64,000 nt of DNA from Spongiibacteraceae bacterium. GTDB taxonomy: Bacteria > Pseudomonadota > Gammaproteobacteria > Pseudomonadales > CAMLJR01. Position numbers and translations under genes: made by a program. This document shows positions 42,134 to 54,741 of the stretch, in pieces (position 1 is the first letter of the stretch; each line of letters starts with the position of its first letter). Location of the stretch: the NCBI GenBank assembly GCA_047602265.1, contig JASGHU010000001.1:3366398-3430397 (forward strand), written 5' to 3'. The notes beneath the pieces were generated by a model. That model saw nothing but the letters and a program-made list of their open reading frames with translations. It was not told the origin of the DNA and ran no database searches.

Positions 42134-43336
42134 CTAACGAACGTACTCAACTTCGACGCCGTAATCGTCGTCATCATCTTCGTCGTCAAAATCGTCGTCG
42201 AGCTGCGCCGCACGGCGCGCCTTACGCGCTGCCGCCAACGCCTGAATGCGCTCGCGCGATTCCGTTTGCATCGCAATTTTCAATTGCTCTTCGCGCTCAG
42301 CCAATTCGCTATCCCGCTCTTCCTGCTCCCAGCAGTACTCGAGATGAGTCATGATATCGCCGCACAATTGTGCAGTGCCTTCGGCGCCAATCGCCGCGAC
42401 ACGATATACCGGTCCCTGCCAATTCAAGCGTTCGACAATATCGCGACAAATCGTTTCGCGCTCATCCGGCGGTAACAAATCGACTTTATTCAACACCAGC
42501 CAACGCTCGCGCCCCGCCAGCGTCGGACTGAACAGTTGCAATTCATTGGCAATACCCTCTACCGCAGCGACAGGATCGCTACCATCGGGCGGCAGCACAT
42601 CGACGAGATGCAATAGCAACCGCGTGCGCGTGAGATGCTTGAGGAAGCGGATACCAAGCCCCGCACCCTCCGACGCACCCGGAATCAATCCCGGAATATC
42701 GGCCATGACAAAACTGCGATGCGCCTGCACACGCACGACACCCAGGTTGGGCACAAGCGTGGTAAACGGATAATCCGCCACTTTCGGTTTTGCCGACGAC
42801 ACCGCGCGAATCAATGTCGACTTGCCTGCGTTCGGGAGTCCAAGCAAGCCAACGTCGGCCAGCACTTTCATCTCCATCCGCAAATTGCGCTGCTCGCCCT
42901 CGGTACCTTTACTGGTCTGCCGGGGCGCACGATTGGTCGACGATTTGTAGCGCACGTTACCCAATCCGTGCCATCCACCCTGCGCAACTAACAAGCGCTG
43001 ACCCGGGGTTTTCAGATCGCCAAGCACCTCGCCGGTATCCTCATCGATCACAGTGGTCCCAATGGGAACCGGTAAAACCAAATCCTCGCCGCTGCGTCCC
43101 GTGCAGTTGGCGCCGCGACCCGACTCACCGCTCTTCGCCTGATAGCCGCGTATGTAGCGGTAATCAACCATTGTATTTACAGAGGGATCGGCGACGAGAA
43201 AAACACTACCGCCGTCACCGCCATCGCCGCCATCAGGCCCTCCGAATGGAACGGCGCGCTCGCGACGAAAGCTCATACAGCCGTTACCACCGCGACCGGC
43301 TTGCACCTTGATAACGACTTCATCGACGAATTTCAT
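42134..43336 (-). CDS. obgE: GTPase ObgE/CgtA
   Basis: Gly-rich Obg fold, [16 protein letters not shown] and acidic tail. Confidence 0.98.
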   Translation of the reverse strand: MKFVDEVVIKVQAGRGGNGCMSFRRERAVPFGGPDGGDGGDGGSVFLVADPSVNTMVDYRYIRGYQAKSGESGRGANCTGRSGEDLVLPVPIGTTVIDEDTGEVLGDLKTPGQRLLVAQGGWHGLGNVRYKSSTNRAPRQTSKGTEGEQRNLRMEMKVLADVGLLGLPNAGKSTLIRAVSSAKPKVADYPFTTLVPNLGVVRVQAHRSFVMADIPGLIPGASEGAGLGIRFLKHLTRTRLLLHLVDVLPPDGSDPVAAVEGIANELQLFSPTLAGRERWLVLNKVDLLPPDERETICRDIVERLNWQGPVYRVAAIGAEGTAQLCGDIMTHLEYCWEQEERDSELAEREEQLKIAMQTESRERIQALAAARKARRAAQLDDDFDDEDDDDDYGVEVEYVR

Positions 43337-43443
43337 ATCTCTTCACTTGCAGCGCGCACGCGCCACTCTATTCGCTAAACACACGGTCTGGCGCACATTA
43401 TCCGCCACAACCGGACTGTTTCAAAAACCAAACGCACACCAAT

Positions 43444-43470
43444 AAAAAAGCCCCAACAAGTGGGGCTTTT
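43444..43470 (-). terminator. Terminator after rpmA
   Basis: Minus strand AAAAGCCCCA-CTTGT-TGGGGCTTTTTT. Confidence 0.85.
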
Positions 43471-43487
43471 AAGCTTGCTCACAAAGA

Positions 43488-43745
43488 TCAGACCGCTACG
43501 ATACTGACCACTTTGCGCTTATCGAGGCCCTTGCTCTCGAACAAAACCTTACCATCAATAGTTGCGAACAGCGTGTGATCGCGACCGACGCCCACGTTAA
43601 CCCCCGGACGAATTTTGGTGCCGCGCTGACGCACGATGATGCTGCCAGCAGTAACTTCCTGGCCGCCAAATGCTTTCACACCGAGGCGTTTCGCCTGGGA
43701 GTCGCGACCGTTGCGGCTGGAACCGCCTGCTTTTTTGTGTGCCAT
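43488..43745 (-). CDS. rpmA: 50S ribosomal protein L27
   Basis: [16 protein letters not shown]. Confidence 0.98.
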   Translation of the reverse strand: MAHKKAGGSSRNGRDSQAKRLGVKAFGGQEVTAGSIIVRQRGTKIRPGVNVGVGRDHTLFATIDGKVLFESKGLDKRKVVSIVAV

Positions 43746-43760
43746 TGCTGTTCTCCTGCC

Positions 43761-44072
43761 TTACGCGATCGAGGTAATTTTGATTGCGGTGTACCACTGG
43801 CGATGGCCAGCGCGCTTCATGTGGTGCTTGCGGCGACGGAATTTGATGATCCGTACTTTATCGTGGCGACCTTGCTCAACCACCTCAGCCGTTACTTTGC
43901 TGCCCGCGACATAAGGAGCACCGATTTTGACATTTTGGCCATCGCTAACGAGCAGCACTTTGTCGAAATCGACCGAAGCGCCGGTGGCTACTTCGAGCTT
44001 TTCCACTTTAAGAATTTCACCAGGCTGCACGCGATGCTGCTTGCCGCCGGTTTCGATAATTGCGTAAGTCAT
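43761..44072 (-). CDS. rplU: 50S ribosomal protein L21
   Basis: [10 protein letters not shown]...KFRRRKH...GHRQ. Confidence 0.98.
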   Translation of the reverse strand: MTYAIIETGGKQHRVQPGEILKVEKLEVATGASVDFDKVLLVSDGQNVKIGAPYVAGSKVTAEVVEQGRHDKVRIIKFRRRKHHMKRAGHRQWYTAIKITSIA

Positions 44073-44216
44073 TGCAGTTACTCCATAGGGCCTGCTTGCA
44101 AAGGTTTGACTACTCCGGAACGAACCGGGACAAGTACAGGCAGCGCGAATCGGAACTCCAAACCCGCACTTTGGTTGGCATCAAATACCCGTCAAGCATA
44201 GCTGGCGGGGCGGCGA

Positions 44217-44245
44217 ATTCTACGCAATGCAAGCGCCCAACACAA
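44217..44245 (-). promoter_or_regulatory. Putative sigma70 promoter of rplU-rpmA
   Basis: TTGTGT-17 nt-TAGAAT followed by a GC-rich discriminator. Confidence 0.55.
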
Positions 44246-44334
44246 GCGCCAATGCACCATTGGTCGATCGCACTGCGACACATTTAGATCGGGCAACTAT
44301 AGTTCTATAGCACCCCTAACTTCGAGGTCGCCCC

Positions 44335-44676
44335 ATGGCAGCCCCAAAGATTCACGACGATCCGATCTATCGACTCCTCTACAACGAGCAGATTGACGAA
44401 TTCAACCGCCGTCACGAAGAGGCTAAATCCGCCACCTTGCGCGGGGGCGTTTATCGCAACCTTGATCTTCGCAATATAAACGCCGACGGCCTCGATTTCG
44501 GCGATGCATATTTCCGCGGCGCCGATCTGCGCGGAATCGACTTTCGCAACACCAATCTAGAAGGCGCCAGCATGATCGAAGCGAAAATATCCGGCTGCTA
44601 TTTTCCGAAAGAGTTAAGTGCGGAGGAAATTCGTTTATCTGTGATGGCGGGAACGCGGTTGCGTTACAACAAGTGA
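44335..44676 (+). CDS. Pentapeptide-repeat protein
   Basis: LDLRN INADG LDFGD AYFRG ADLRG IDFRN TNLEG ASMIE repeats; GAGG RBS. Confidence 0.88.
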   Translation: MAAPKIHDDPIYRLLYNEQIDEFNRRHEEAKSATLRGGVYRNLDLRNINADGLDFGDAYFRGADLRGIDFRNTNLEGASMIEAKISGCYFPKELSAEEIRLSVMAGTRLRYNK

Positions 44677-44713
44677 CATCTAACGTATCGCATTAGTCGC
44701 ATCACGCAAAAAT

Positions 44714-44741
44714 AAAAAAGCCTGCAAACGCAGGCTTTTTT
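44714..44741. terminator. Bidirectional terminator after tRNA-Leu and the pentapeptide gene
   Basis: AAAAAAGCCTGC-AAAC-GCAGGCTTTTTT. Confidence 0.9.
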
Positions 44742-44744
44742 GTA

Positions 44745-44829
44745 TGGTGCCCAGGACTGGACTCGAACCAGCACGGCTTGCGCCACTACCACCTCAAGGT
44801 AGCGTGTATACCAATTTCACCACCTGGGC
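44745..44829 (-). tRNA. tRNA-Leu(GAG)
   Basis: GCCCAGGTGGTGAAATTGGTATACACGCTACCTTGAGGTGGTAGTGGCGCAAGCCGTGCTGGTTCGAGTCCAGTCCTGGGCACCA: 85 nt, long variable arm. Confidence 0.98.
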
Positions 44830-44853
44830 AAATTCTGTACTCCCACCGCAACG

Positions 44854-45240
44854 CTACTGCTGTGCGGGTGCCGCCGGAACCTCTGTCACGGCAGGCGCGG
44901 AATTTTGCTCGACTGCAGGAACCTCGTCAACTGATTTTGCAGGCGCAGTAGCGGAATTTTGCAATGGCATCTCACTCACTGCTGCAGGCACGTCCGATTG
45001 AGCCGCGAAATTATTTTTCGCCAAAACGGACAACGCCAAGCTTGTTGCAAAAAAAATCGTGGCGCCAATTGCGGTGATGCGAGTTAACGCATTACCGCTA
45101 CCACGACTACCGAACAATGTCTGCGATGCACCAGCACCAAAAGAGGCTCCCATATCAGCCCCCTTGCCCTGCTGAATCAGAATGAGACCGATGACAGATA
45201 TCGCCGCCAATACGTGCAAAACAATAATTAACATTTGCAT
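44854..45240 (-). CDS. secG: Preprotein translocase subunit SecG
   Basis: LIQQGKGADMGASFGAGASQTLFGS. Confidence 0.97.
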   Translation of the reverse strand: MQMLIIVLHVLAAISVIGLILIQQGKGADMGASFGAGASQTLFGSRGSGNALTRITAIGATIFFATSLALSVLAKNNFAAQSDVPAAVSEMPLQNSATAPAKSVDEVPAVEQNSAPAVTEVPAAPAQQ

Positions 45241-45246
45241 TGTGAT

Positions 45247-45990
45247 TTATTCCGCCGCTTTACAAATCGCGACAAACTCCTCTGCTTTCAGTGAGGCGCC
45301 TCCGACGAGACCACCATCGATATCCGCTTGTGCAAACAACGCGCAGGCATTATCCGCTTTAACACTACCGCCGTACAAAATCGGCACGGTCTCGGCCCGA
45401 CAATCATTCAATTGCAGCCGAATAAATGCGTGTACCGCTTGGGCCTGTTCTGGCGTCGCAGTACGTCCTGTACCGATCGCCCAAATAGGCTCATAGGCGA
45501 TAACGATACGGCGCAAATCAGCTTGGGCGAGTCCATTCTTGATAGCACCAAACTGCCTGGCGATGACATTCAATGTTTCGCCTGATTCACGCTCCTCCAG
45601 ACTCTCGCCCACACATACGATCGGTGTTAAATCATTCTTCAATGCAACCGATGCTTTGATCGTCACTTGCTCATCGCTTTCGCCGAACAACTGACGACGC
45701 TCAGAATGCCCTACGATCACAAAATCGCAACCGCAGTCGCGAAGCATCGGCGCAGAAACCTCTCCCGTATATGCACCCTGCAGTTCAGTGCAGACATTTT
45801 GTGCACCAAGCATCACCGAGCTATTTTCGAGCTGCTCGCGCACCGACGGCAGGTACACAAAGGGAGGACACACCGCAACACCCGCTTTAAGCGACTTCGG
45901 CAGTAACGCTAACAACGTACCCAACAACTCCGCATTAGTCGCGAAATCGCCGTGCATTTTCCAATTGCCGACCACCAACTTGCGACGCAT
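45247..45990 (-). CDS. tpiA: Triose-phosphate isomerase
   Basis: GNWKM, GHSERR, AYEPIWAIGTG and YGGSV motifs; start at ATG 45990. Confidence 0.98.
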   Translation of the reverse strand: MRRKLVVGNWKMHGDFATNAELLGTLLALLPKSLKAGVAVCPPFVYLPSVREQLENSSVMLGAQNVCTELQGAYTGEVSAPMLRDCGCDFVIVGHSERRQLFGESDEQVTIKASVALKNDLTPIVCVGESLEERESGETLNVIARQFGAIKNGLAQADLRRIVIAYEPIWAIGTGRTATPEQAQAVHAFIRLQLNDCRAETVPILYGGSVKADNACALFAQADIDGGLVGGASLKAEEFVAICKAAE

Positions 45991-46096
45991 GCGCTCTTCA
46001 CCGACCAACAGTGGACCCCTGCCAAAACGGCGGGCAATGGTAAACTAAATTGCTGATCAGTTAAACCGACAAAGCGAAGTGACGCACGAAGCGCGC

Positions 46097-47434
46097 TTAC
46101 CCTACGGCGCGCTTCACCACATCGGCAAGCTCGCTGCATAACGACTGCACCAGCGAGCCATCCTCGCCCTCGACCATTACGCGCACAACGGGCTCGGTAC
46201 CCGAAGGGCGCAGCAACACGCGGCCGCGACCGGCCAATTTGGACTCGACCATCGCAACCGCATCGCGCACTGCTGGTGCTGAATCGAGATCGAATCGCTG
46301 CGCCAGTTTGACGTTGTGCATTATCTGCGGGAATTTCTGCATGCCGGATTTCAATTCATGCAGCGATTTACCGGTGCTGACGACCGCAAAAAGCACCTTC
46401 AGCGCCGAAATGATGCCATCGCCCGTTGTAGTAACGTCAGCACAGATAATGTGTCCGGAATTTTCTCCGCCGAGTTTCCAACCGCGCGATTGCATCAACT
46501 CATTGACGTATCGATCGCCAACTTTCGCGCGCGCAAATGGAATCTCCAATTCGGCCAGCGCCAATTCGAAACCAAGATTGGACATCAGCGTGCCGACTAC
46601 ACCGTGACAACTGCCGCGCGTGCGCAGCTCATCACACGCAATGATGTACAACAGCTCATCGCCATCAACCAGCTCACCGCAATGATCGACGAACAACACG
46701 CGATCGCCATCGCCATCGAATGCAATGCCAAGATCGGCTTTTTCGAGCAACACGCGACGACGCAATGCTTCCGGCGATGTCGAGCCGACATCCGCATTGA
46801 TATTCAAACCGTTCGGCTCTACACCTAACGCAATCACTGTGGCGCCCAACTCATCGAGCACCGCGGGTGCTACGTGGTAATTCGCACCGTTCGCGCAATC
46901 AACCACAATCTTTTTGCCGCGCAAATTGAAATATGAGGGAACCGTACTTTTACAAAACTCAATGTAGCGGCCTTCCGCATCATTGATTCGCACCACCTTA
47001 CCGAGTTTGGCGGATTCAACCGTGGTCATCGGCTCATCGATTTGCTTTTCGATATCGATCTCGACGGTATCCGGTAATTTGGTGCCTTCGCTCGAAAAAA
47101 ATTTGATGCCGTTATCGTGATAAGGATTGTGCGATGCACTGATAACAATGCCTGCTTGCGCGTGAAAAGTACGCGTCAAATAGGCGATCGCCGGTGTCGG
47201 CATCGGCCCCAACAGCGATACATCGACGCCGGCGGCAACGAGACCTGCCTCAAGCGCCGATTCAAACATGTATCCGGAAATGCGCGTGTCTTTACCGATA
47301 ATAACTTTGCTGCGACCTTCGCGCGCAAACACCTTTCCGGCGGCCCAGCCGAGCTTCAAAACGAACTCAGGATTAATCGGCCCCTCGCCAACCAAGCCAC
47401 GCACACCGTCAGTGCCGAAATAACGCCTACTCAT
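46097..47434 (-). CDS. glmM: Phosphoglucosamine mutase
   Basis: [20 protein letters not shown] and GGENSGH motifs. Confidence 0.97.
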   Translation of the reverse strand: MSRRYFGTDGVRGLVGEGPINPEFVLKLGWAAGKVFAREGRSKVIIGKDTRISGYMFESALEAGLVAAGVDVSLLGPMPTPAIAYLTRTFHAQAGIVISASHNPYHDNGIKFFSSEGTKLPDTVEIDIEKQIDEPMTTVESAKLGKVVRINDAEGRYIEFCKSTVPSYFNLRGKKIVVDCANGANYHVAPAVLDELGATVIALGVEPNGLNINADVGSTSPEALRRRVLLEKADLGIAFDGDGDRVLFVDHCGELVDGDELLYIIACDELRTRGSCHGVVGTLMSNLGFELALAELEIPFARAKVGDRYVNELMQSRGWKLGGENSGHIICADVTTTGDGIISALKVLFAVVSTGKSLHELKSGMQKFPQIMHNVKLAQRFDLDSAPAVRDAVAMVESKLAGRGRVLLRPSGTEPVVRVMVEGEDGSLVQSLCSELADVVKRAVG

Positions 47435-48305
47435 TTGCTATTTGCTCCTTCATGACTGCAGCGCACAATCGAACGACATCTCTCGTTTCGCGAACATCAT
47501 GCACTCGAAATATGACGGCACCGCGCTGCGCCGCTAACGTCGCCAGCGCAAGACTGCCTGCCAAACGATCTTCGATCGGCCGTCCAAGCACGGCACCGAT
47601 CAATGATTTGCGCGAAAGGCCCACCAACAGTGGATAACCCAAGGCTTCTAACTCAGCCAAACGATTCAGTAACTGCAAATTATGTTGTGCGGTTTTACCG
47701 AATCCGAAACCGGGATCGATGACGATATTCCGGCGGGCGACCCCCAGTTTAGTACACGCATCGATTCGCTGCGCCAGATACGCCCCAACCTCGGCAACAA
47801 CATCATCGTAACGAGGGGCAGCCTGCATCGATTGCGGCTCGCCGCGCATATGCATGAGACAGACGGGCAAACCCGTTGCCGCCGCAGCGCTGATCGCATC
47901 GGGTCGCTGCAACGCGCGAACATCATTGATAAAACCAACCCCTCGCTCCGCCGCGGCCAGCATCACCTCCGGCGAGCTGGTATCGACCGACAACACTACA
48001 TCGAGTTCTCGCGCCAGCAATTCGATAACTGGCAGCACGCGGTCCATTTCCTCCTGCAGCGAGACCATCGCCGCACCCGGACGCGTCGACTCTCCGCCGA
48101 TATCAATAATATCGGCGCCGTCGGCGACCATTTTCACCGCGTGCTGAAGCGCCTTATCGAGCGCGACACGCCCCGACGAAAACACGACGCCGCCATCCGA
48201 AAACGAATCAGGAGTGACATTGAGGATGCCCATAATCCGCGGGCGCGACAGGTCTAAAACGCGTCCGGCGCAATTAAGCGCCGGAGCAGAGGTTGTTGCA
48301 GTCAT
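47427..48305 (-). CDS. folP: Dihydropteroate synthase
   Basis: [29 protein letters not shown] and SRKS motifs. Confidence 0.97.
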   Translation of the reverse strand: MTATTSAPALNCAGRVLDLSRPRIMGILNVTPDSFSDGGVVFSSGRVALDKALQHAVKMVADGADIIDIGGESTRPGAAMVSLQEEMDRVLPVIELLARELDVVLSVDTSSPEVMLAAAERGVGFINDVRALQRPDAISAAAATGLPVCLMHMRGEPQSMQAAPRYDDVVAEVGAYLAQRIDACTKLGVARRNIVIDPGFGFGKTAQHNLQLLNRLAELEALGYPLLVGLSRKSLIGAVLGRPIEDRLAGSLALATLAAQRGAVIFRVHDVRETRDVVRLCAAVMKEQIANE

Positions 48306-48313
48306 GAGAGAAA

Positions 48314-50233
48314 TCAGTGTTCGCCGGCAGGTCCGCCGATGGGGCCAGCGCGGTTGCTGTCTGATGGCGCAGGCTCGCCGCCGCTCGGACGATCGTTACC
48401 CCAGTCCGCCGGAGGACGCGGCTTCCGGCCAGCCATAATGTCATCGATCTGCAGAGAGTCGATGGTTTCATACTGAATCAGTGCGTCAGCCATCATGTCG
48501 AGCTTGTCGCGATTTTCAATCAACAAATTTTTCGCAGTGCTGTAGCACTCATCGATAATACGACGCACTTCCTGATCTATTTCGCGCACAGTAACACCGG
48601 ACACGTTGCGCGATCCGGTTGCCGCACTGCGACCGAGGAACACTTCCTCTTCGCTCTCATCGTAAAGCAACGGCCCCATTTTTTCGGACAGGCCCCACTT
48701 GGCCACCATGTTGCGCGCGGTTTCCGTGGCGCGCTTGATATCGTTCGACGCCCCGGTGGTAACCCCATCAATACCGTTGATCATCTCCTCGGCAATGCGT
48801 CCGCCAAACAGCGAGCAGATATTGCTGATGATGTGGCGACGACTCAGGCTGTACCGATCCTCCTCAGGAAGGAACATCGTCACACCAAGCGCACGACCGC
48901 GCGGGATAATACTGACTTTGTAAACCGGATCATGCTCTGGCATCAGACGACCAACGATCGCATGCCCCGCTTCGTGATACGCCGTATTGCGCTTCTCAGC
49001 TTCGGACATGACCATCGACTTGCGCTCGGCGCCCATCATGATCTTGTCTTTCGCCAGCTCAAATTGCGTCATCGCAACCGTGCGCTTGTTCGCACGCGCA
49101 GCAAACAATGCGGCTTCGTTGACGAGATTCGCGAGGTCTGCACCGGAGAAACCCGGGGTACCGCGCGCAATAACGGCAGGATCGACATCGTCGGCCAGAG
49201 GCACTTTGCGCATGTGGACCTTCAAGATCTGCTCGCGGCCACGAATATCGGGAAGACCAACCACCACCTGGCGATCAAATCGGCCCGGGCGCAGCAACGC
49301 CGGATCAAGCACATCCGGGCGGTTGGTTGCGGCGATGACGATAATGCCATCGTTCGCCTCGAAACCATCCATCTCAACGAGCAATTGGTTTAACGTCTGT
49401 TCGCGCTCGTCGTGACCACCACCAAGACCAGCGCCACGATGACGACCCACCGCATCGATCTCGTCGATAAAGATGATGCACGGCGACTGCTTTTTGGCTT
49501 GATCGAACATATCGCGCACCCGCGAAGCGCCGACGCCGACGAACATTTCTACGAAGTCGGAGCCAGAGATTGAGAAGAACGGTACTTTGGCTTCACCGGC
49601 AATCGCTTTTGCCAGCAAGGTTTTACCAGTACCCGGCTGGCCAACCATGAGGATGCCGCGCGGGATACGACCACCGAGCTTTTGGAATTTGCCCGGATCG
49701 CGCAGAAACTCGACCAGCTCTTTCACATCTTCTTTGGCTTCGTCACAGCCCGCCACATCGGCAAACGTGGTTTTGATCTGATCTTCGCCGAGTAAACGCG
49801 CCTTGCTCTTACCGAACGCCATCGGGCCGCCGCGACCACCGGCACCGCCCTGCATCTGCCGCATGAAAAACATGAAAACGATGATGATGATCAGGATTGG
49901 GAAGCTTGCCACCAGCAGCTGCGACCACAAACTTTGGCCATCAGGCTTAACAACTTTTACTTCCACTTTATGATTGATCAGATCCGCCATCATTTTCGGA
50001 TCAGGGACTGAATAAGGAACGTTTGTTACGAAGACAGAACCATCTGTACGCTCGCCATTAATAATCAACCCATCAATGGTTACCTTACGTACTACGTCGC
50101 TCTGCACAGCCTCCACGAAGCCCGAATAGCTCATCTCCTCGGGAGCCGCGCGCATGCTGAAATTGTTGAACACCGTCAGCAGCACCGCCGCGATGATCAA
50201 CCACAACAGAAGATTCTTAGCCATGTCGTTCAA
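48314..50233 (-). CDS. ftsH: ATP-dependent zinc metalloprotease FtsH
   Basis: Two TMs, [13 protein letters not shown] and HEAGH. Start at TTG 50233 or ATG 50224. Confidence 0.98.
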   Translation of the reverse strand: MNDMAKNLLLWLIIAAVLLTVFNNFSMRAAPEEMSYSGFVEAVQSDVVRKVTIDGLIINGERTDGSVFVTNVPYSVPDPKMMADLINHKVEVKVVKPDGQSLWSQLLVASFPILIIIIVFMFFMRQMQGGAGGRGGPMAFGKSKARLLGEDQIKTTFADVAGCDEAKEDVKELVEFLRDPGKFQKLGGRIPRGILMVGQPGTGKTLLAKAIAGEAKVPFFSISGSDFVEMFVGVGASRVRDMFDQAKKQSPCIIFIDEIDAVGRHRGAGLGGGHDEREQTLNQLLVEMDGFEANDGIIVIAATNRPDVLDPALLRPGRFDRQVVVGLPDIRGREQILKVHMRKVPLADDVDPAVIARGTPGFSGADLANLVNEAALFAARANKRTVAMTQFELAKDKIMMGAERKSMVMSEAEKRNTAYHEAGHAIVGRLMPEHDPVYKVSIIPRGRALGVTMFLPEEDRYSLSRRHIISNICSLFGGRIAEEMINGIDGVTTGASNDIKRATETARNMVAKWGLSEKMGPLLYDESEEEVFLGRSAATGSRNVSGVTVREIDQEVRRIIDECYSTAKNLLIENRDKLDMMADALIQYETIDSLQIDDIMAGRKPRPPADWGNDRPSGGEPAPSDSNRAGPIGGPAGEH

Positions 50234-50573
50234 GTGCTGGCCCTCTTGCCACTTAAATTCCACAAAATCGCGCGGGAAATGCCGCCGATGAATACGCTGA
50301 TACCAGTTAAACAGACTGCGTTTATAAACACTGTACTACAGAACCGAACGCCTCTCCACGTAGACCAATCCGCAATTTTACGTAGCTTCTACGAAATCGG
50401 ATTGCGCCAGAAATCGGGGAGAGCCTCCAAAAGCGAGAGCCACCAAGAAACGGTCGCAGGCTAGACATTGGGGCTATCTCGGCAATTGCAATACTTACGA
50501 ATGGATCTCTGCTTTCTGGCGAGTGCGTTCTGCATTACAATGCGCGCCCTTCTGCCGAACTAGCCATATCCCC

Positions 50574-50882
50574 ATGCCACTCGATCAGACCCGTAAAAAG
50601 CAGCTCCGTGCCATTGGCCACCAACTCAATCCCGTGGTTATGATTTCCGAGCGCGGCCTCTCCGAGGGCGTCAGCCTAGAGCTTGAACGCGCCCTTGAAG
50701 ACCATGAGTTGATCAAGGTGAAACTGGGGATTGCCGAGCCTGCAGAGCGTCGCGAATTAGCCGCAGCGATTTGCGAGCAACATCGCGCAGAGCTGGTGCA
50801 GGCAGTTGGTAAAGTTATTTTGATTTATCGCGCTGCGCAAAAACCGAATCCGCGCTTATCGAATTTGCTGCGCCCGATTTAA
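50574..50882 (+). CDS. yhbY: YhbY/CRM-domain RNA-binding protein
   Basis: LRAIGHQLNPVV, HELIKVK and QAVGKVILIYR motifs. Confidence 0.93.
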   Translation: MPLDQTRKKQLRAIGHQLNPVVMISERGLSEGVSLELERALEDHELIKVKLGIAEPAERRELAAAICEQHRAELVQAVGKVILIYRAAQKPNPRLSNLLRPI

Positions 50883-50933
50883 CTGATCGCGGCGCACTGC
50901 TATTCCAGACTAACATCTGCTCATCGCAGACAT

Positions 50934-51416
50934 TTATTCATGACGAACGTCGTCGATTTCGTACTCGACCTCACCACCCGGCGCTTTAACCACAACGACA
51001 TCACCGCACTCTTTGCCAATCAACGCACGTGCGATAGGCGATGTCACTGAAATGCGATTTTGTTTTACGTCGGCCTCATCCTCGCCAACGATTTTATAAG
51101 TGACTTCCTCATCCGTTTCGCAGTTAATCAAATCGACGGTCACACCGAAGATCACTTTGCCCGTACGTGGAATTTTGGTGATATCGATGATGCGCGCATC
51201 GGCGAGCTTGCCTTCGATCTCCTGAATACGACCCTCGCAAAAACTCTGTTGCTCACGCGCCGCGTGATACTCCGCATTCTCTTTCAAATCGCCATGCGCA
51301 CGCGCTTCGGCGATCGCTGCGATAATACGAGGACGCTCCTCACTTTTTAGACGCTGCAATTCTTCGCGCAACGCGGCCTCACCGGCCACCGTCATCGGAA
51401 CCTGTCCAGTGCTCAT
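50934..51416 (-). CDS. greA: Transcription elongation factor GreA
   Basis: [13 protein letters not shown] and SPIARALIG motifs. Confidence 0.97.
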   Translation of the reverse strand: MSTGQVPMTVAGEAALREELQRLKSEERPRIIAAIAEARAHGDLKENAEYHAAREQQSFCEGRIQEIEGKLADARIIDITKIPRTGKVIFGVTVDLINCETDEEVTYKIVGEDEADVKQNRISVTSPIARALIGKECGDVVVVKAPGGEVEYEIDDVRHE

Positions 51417-54400
51417 GCGCTCACTCCCGTAAATGCTTTGTGCACTTCCTGCAACGGACGCACCGCTTTTTCCTCACCGTGACGCAGGGCCTGCACCACA
51501 GCTTCGGCGCCTGCAAGCGTCGTGCTGTAGAAAATTTTCTGCGCGAGCGCAGAACGACGAATCGTCGACGAATCCGCAATCGCCTGACGCCCCTCGGTGG
51601 TGTTCACGATTAAATCGATTTCGCCGTTTTTCACCATATCGACAATGTGCGGACGCCCCTCTGTCACTTTATTCACGCGCTGACATTCGATACCTTCCGC
51701 AGCGAGTACGCGCTGCGTGCCGCGCGTTGCACAGAGTGTAAATCCAAGCGCGACGAGATCACGCCCCACTTGCACCACATCCGCTTTGTCCTGATCGCGC
51801 ACGCTGAGAAATACCTTGCCATCCTTCGGCAATTTTTCACCCGCGCCCCACTGCGCTTTTGCATAGGCTTCTGCGAATGTATCGCCAAGCCCCATCACTT
51901 CGCCCGTCGATTTCATTTCCGGGCCGAGAATTGGATCGACGCCGGGGAATTTATTGAACGGGAACACCGCTTCTTTCACGCAGTAATATGGCGGCACGAC
52001 TTCTTTCGTGAAGTTTTGTTCTGCGAGAGTTTTTCCCGCCATGCAGCGCGCGGCAACTTTAGCGAGCGACACACCGATCGCCTTCGATACGAATGGCACT
52101 GTGCGCGATGCACGCGGATTCACTTCGATCACATACACTTCGCCGTCTTGCACCGCGAGCTGCACGTTCATCAAACCGATAACGCCAAGCTCCAGCGCCA
52201 TGCGCTTCACCTGATCGCGCATTTTGTCTTGCAACTCTGCGCTCAACGAATACGGCGGCAACGAACACGCGGAGTCGCCCGAGTGAATACCGGCTTGCTC
52301 GATGTGCTGCATGATGGCGCCGATCACGACGGTTTCGCCATCGCTCACCGCATCGACATCGATCTCAACCGCAGCGTGCAGGAAGTGATCGAGCAATACC
52401 GGCGAATCTTCCGACACCTGCACCGCTTCGCGCATATAGCGCTTCAATTCGTCTTCTTTGTGCACGACTTCCATCGCGCGCCCGCCGAGAACATACGATG
52501 GACGCACGACGAGCGGATAACCAATTTTTTGCGCTGCAATCAATGCCTGCTCGGTCGAACGCACCGTCGCATTGGGCGGCTGCTTCAATTGCAAACGCTC
52601 GATCATCTGCTGGAAACGTTCACGATCTTCCGCACGATCGATGGCATCAGGGCTCGTACCGATAATCGGCACACCATTCGCCTCAAGATCGCGCGCTAAT
52701 TTCAGCGGCGTTTGTCCGCCGAATTGCACGATCACACCTTTCGGCTTTTCTTTCGCGACGATTTCCAAAACATCTTCGAGCGTGACGGGCTCGAAATACA
52801 AACGATCCGACGTGTCATAATCGGTCGAAACAGTTTCCGGGTTACAGTTGACCATGATGGTCTCGTAACCGTCTTCGCGCATCGCCAGCGCCGCATGCAC
52901 GCAGCAATAATCGAATTCGATCCCCTGACCGATACGATTCGGACCACCGCCTAACACGAGAATCTTGTCACGCTGACTGACATTCGCTTCGCACTCTTCT
53001 TCATAAGTCGAGTACATGTACGCCGTGCTCGTCGAAAACTCTGCGGCGCAGGTATCGACGCGCTTGAATACGGGACGCACATTCAACTGATGACGGCGTT
53101 TACGTAACTCTTTCTCGCTGACGCCGAGCAATACCGCAAGACGCTTATCGGAAAAACCTTTGCGCTTAAGCTCAAGCATTTTTGCTGCGGAAATATCCGA
53201 CAGCGCAATTGTTTTCAATGCATTTTCAGCTTTAACGATATCTTCGATCTGTACGAGGAACCACGGATCGATCGCCGAATATTCGTAAACTTCATCAACA
53301 CTCATACCCGAGCGGAAGGCATCAGCGACATACCAAATTCTTTCCGGACCTGGATTCTTCAATTCGCCGATCAAAATATCGCGCGCATCTTCCGCATCGA
53401 TATCGACTTTATGCTCGAAACCTGCGGAGCCGACTTCAAGCCCGCGCAACGCTTTTTGCACTGACTCCTGGAACGAGCGACCGATCGCCATCACTTCGCC
53501 GACCGATTTCATCTGCGTGTGCAGACGCGAATTGGCTTCGGGGAATTTTTCAAAGGTGAAGCGCGGAATTTTGGTGACGACGTAATCGATCGATGGCTCG
53601 AACGATGCCGGGGTTGCGCCGCCGGTAATTTCGTTGCGCAATTCGTCGAGCGTGTAACCCACTGCGAGTTTTGCTGCGACTTTCGCAATCGGGAAGCCCG
53701 TGGCTTTCGATGCGAGTGCGGATGAGCGCGATACACGCGGATTCATTTCGATCACAACCATGCGACCGTCTTTCGGATTGACGCCGAACTGTACGTTGGA
53801 GCCGCCGGTTTCGACGCCGATTTCGCGCAATACGGCAATCGATGCGTTACGCATGATTTGGTATTCGCGATCGGTAAGCGTTTGTGCTGGCGCAACGGTA
53901 ATCGAGTCACCAGTGTGCACGCCCATCGCGTCAAAATTTTCAATCGAACAGATGATGATGCAGTTGTCGTTTTTATCACGAACAACTTCCATCTCGTATT
54001 CTTTCCAGCCGATCAGCGATTCGTCGATCAACAACTCTTTGGTCGGCGACAAATCCAAACCGCGTTCACAAATCTCCATGAATTCGTCGCGGTTGTACGC
54101 AATACCACCGCCCGATCCGCCCATCGTGAACGATGGACGAATAATGCACGGAAAACCGATTTGATCGAGAACTTGCAGCGCCTCTTCCATGCTGTGAGCA
54201 ATCGCAGCGCGCGGCGATTCAAGACCAATACGCGTCATCGCCTGACGGAATAATTGACGATCCTCGGCTTTATCGATCGCTTCTTTAGTCGCACCGATTA
54301 ATTCGACATTGAATTTTTTGAGTACGCCGTGTTTGGCCAAATCGAGCGCACAGTTCAACGCAGTTTGTCCACCCATCGTCGGCAGTAATGCATCGGGACG

Positions 54401-54643
54401 TTCTTTCTCGATAATTTTTTCAACGGTGCGCCAGGTGACCGGCTCGATGTACGTGGCATCCGCCATTTGCGGATCGGTCATGATGGTGGCGGGATTCGAG
54501 TTCACCAGAATGACGCGATAGCCTTCTTCGCGCAGCGCCTTACACGCCTGCGCGCCGGAATAATCGAACTCACAGGCCTGGCCGATAACGATCGGGCCGG
54601 CGCCGATAATCAGGATGCTTTTGATGTCGGTACGTTTCGGCAT
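51413..54643 (-). CDS. carB: Carbamoyl-phosphate synthase large subunit
   Basis: [30 protein letters not shown], duplicated ATP-grasp and MGS domain. Confidence 0.99.
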   Translation of the reverse strand: MPKRTDIKSILIIGAGPIVIGQACEFDYSGAQACKALREEGYRVILVNSNPATIMTDPQMADATYIEPVTWRTVEKIIEKERPDALLPTMGGQTALNCALDLAKHGVLKKFNVELIGATKEAIDKAEDRQLFRQAMTRIGLESPRAAIAHSMEEALQVLDQIGFPCIIRPSFTMGGSGGGIAYNRDEFMEICERGLDLSPTKELLIDESLIGWKEYEMEVVRDKNDNCIIICSIENFDAMGVHTGDSITVAPAQTLTDREYQIMRNASIAVLREIGVETGGSNVQFGVNPKDGRMVVIEMNPRVSRSSALASKATGFPIAKVAAKLAVGYTLDELRNEITGGATPASFEPSIDYVVTKIPRFTFEKFPEANSRLHTQMKSVGEVMAIGRSFQESVQKALRGLEVGSAGFEHKVDIDAEDARDILIGELKNPGPERIWYVADAFRSGMSVDEVYEYSAIDPWFLVQIEDIVKAENALKTIALSDISAAKMLELKRKGFSDKRLAVLLGVSEKELRKRRHQLNVRPVFKRVDTCAAEFSTSTAYMYSTYEEECEANVSQRDKILVLGGGPNRIGQGIEFDYCCVHAALAMREDGYETIMVNCNPETVSTDYDTSDRLYFEPVTLEDVLEIVAKEKPKGVIVQFGGQTPLKLARDLEANGVPIIGTSPDAIDRAEDRERFQQMIERLQLKQPPNATVRSTEQALIAAQKIGYPLVVRPSYVLGGRAMEVVHKEDELKRYMREAVQVSEDSPVLLDHFLHAAVEIDVDAVSDGETVVIGAIMQHIEQAGIHSGDSACSLPPYSLSAELQDKMRDQVKRMALELGVIGLMNVQLAVQDGEVYVIEVNPRASRTVPFVSKAIGVSLAKVAARCMAGKTLAEQNFTKEVVPPYYCVKEAVFPFNKFPGVDPILGPEMKSTGEVMGLGDTFAEAYAKAQWGAGEKLPKDGKVFLSVRDQDKADVVQVGRDLVALGFTLCATRGTQRVLAAEGIECQRVNKVTEGRPHIVDMVKNGEIDLIVNTTEGRQAIADSSTIRRSALAQKIFYSTTLAGAEAVVQALRHGEEKAVRPLQEVHKAFTGVSA

Positions 54644-54741
54644 GTGTATTCACTCAGATTTTGTTTCACGCCGCGTGCGAGAAATCATCACACGCGGGAT
54701 TGCACCAACCAACAGACACTATTAATTCCTAACAGATACTG

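Noticed and set aside
44335-44676. Pentapeptide-repeat protein as Qnr/MfpA-type quinolone resistance
   Set aside because: It is too short (113 aa, about 8-9 repeats) and resembles a conserved chromosomal family; there is no evidence for a resistance function.
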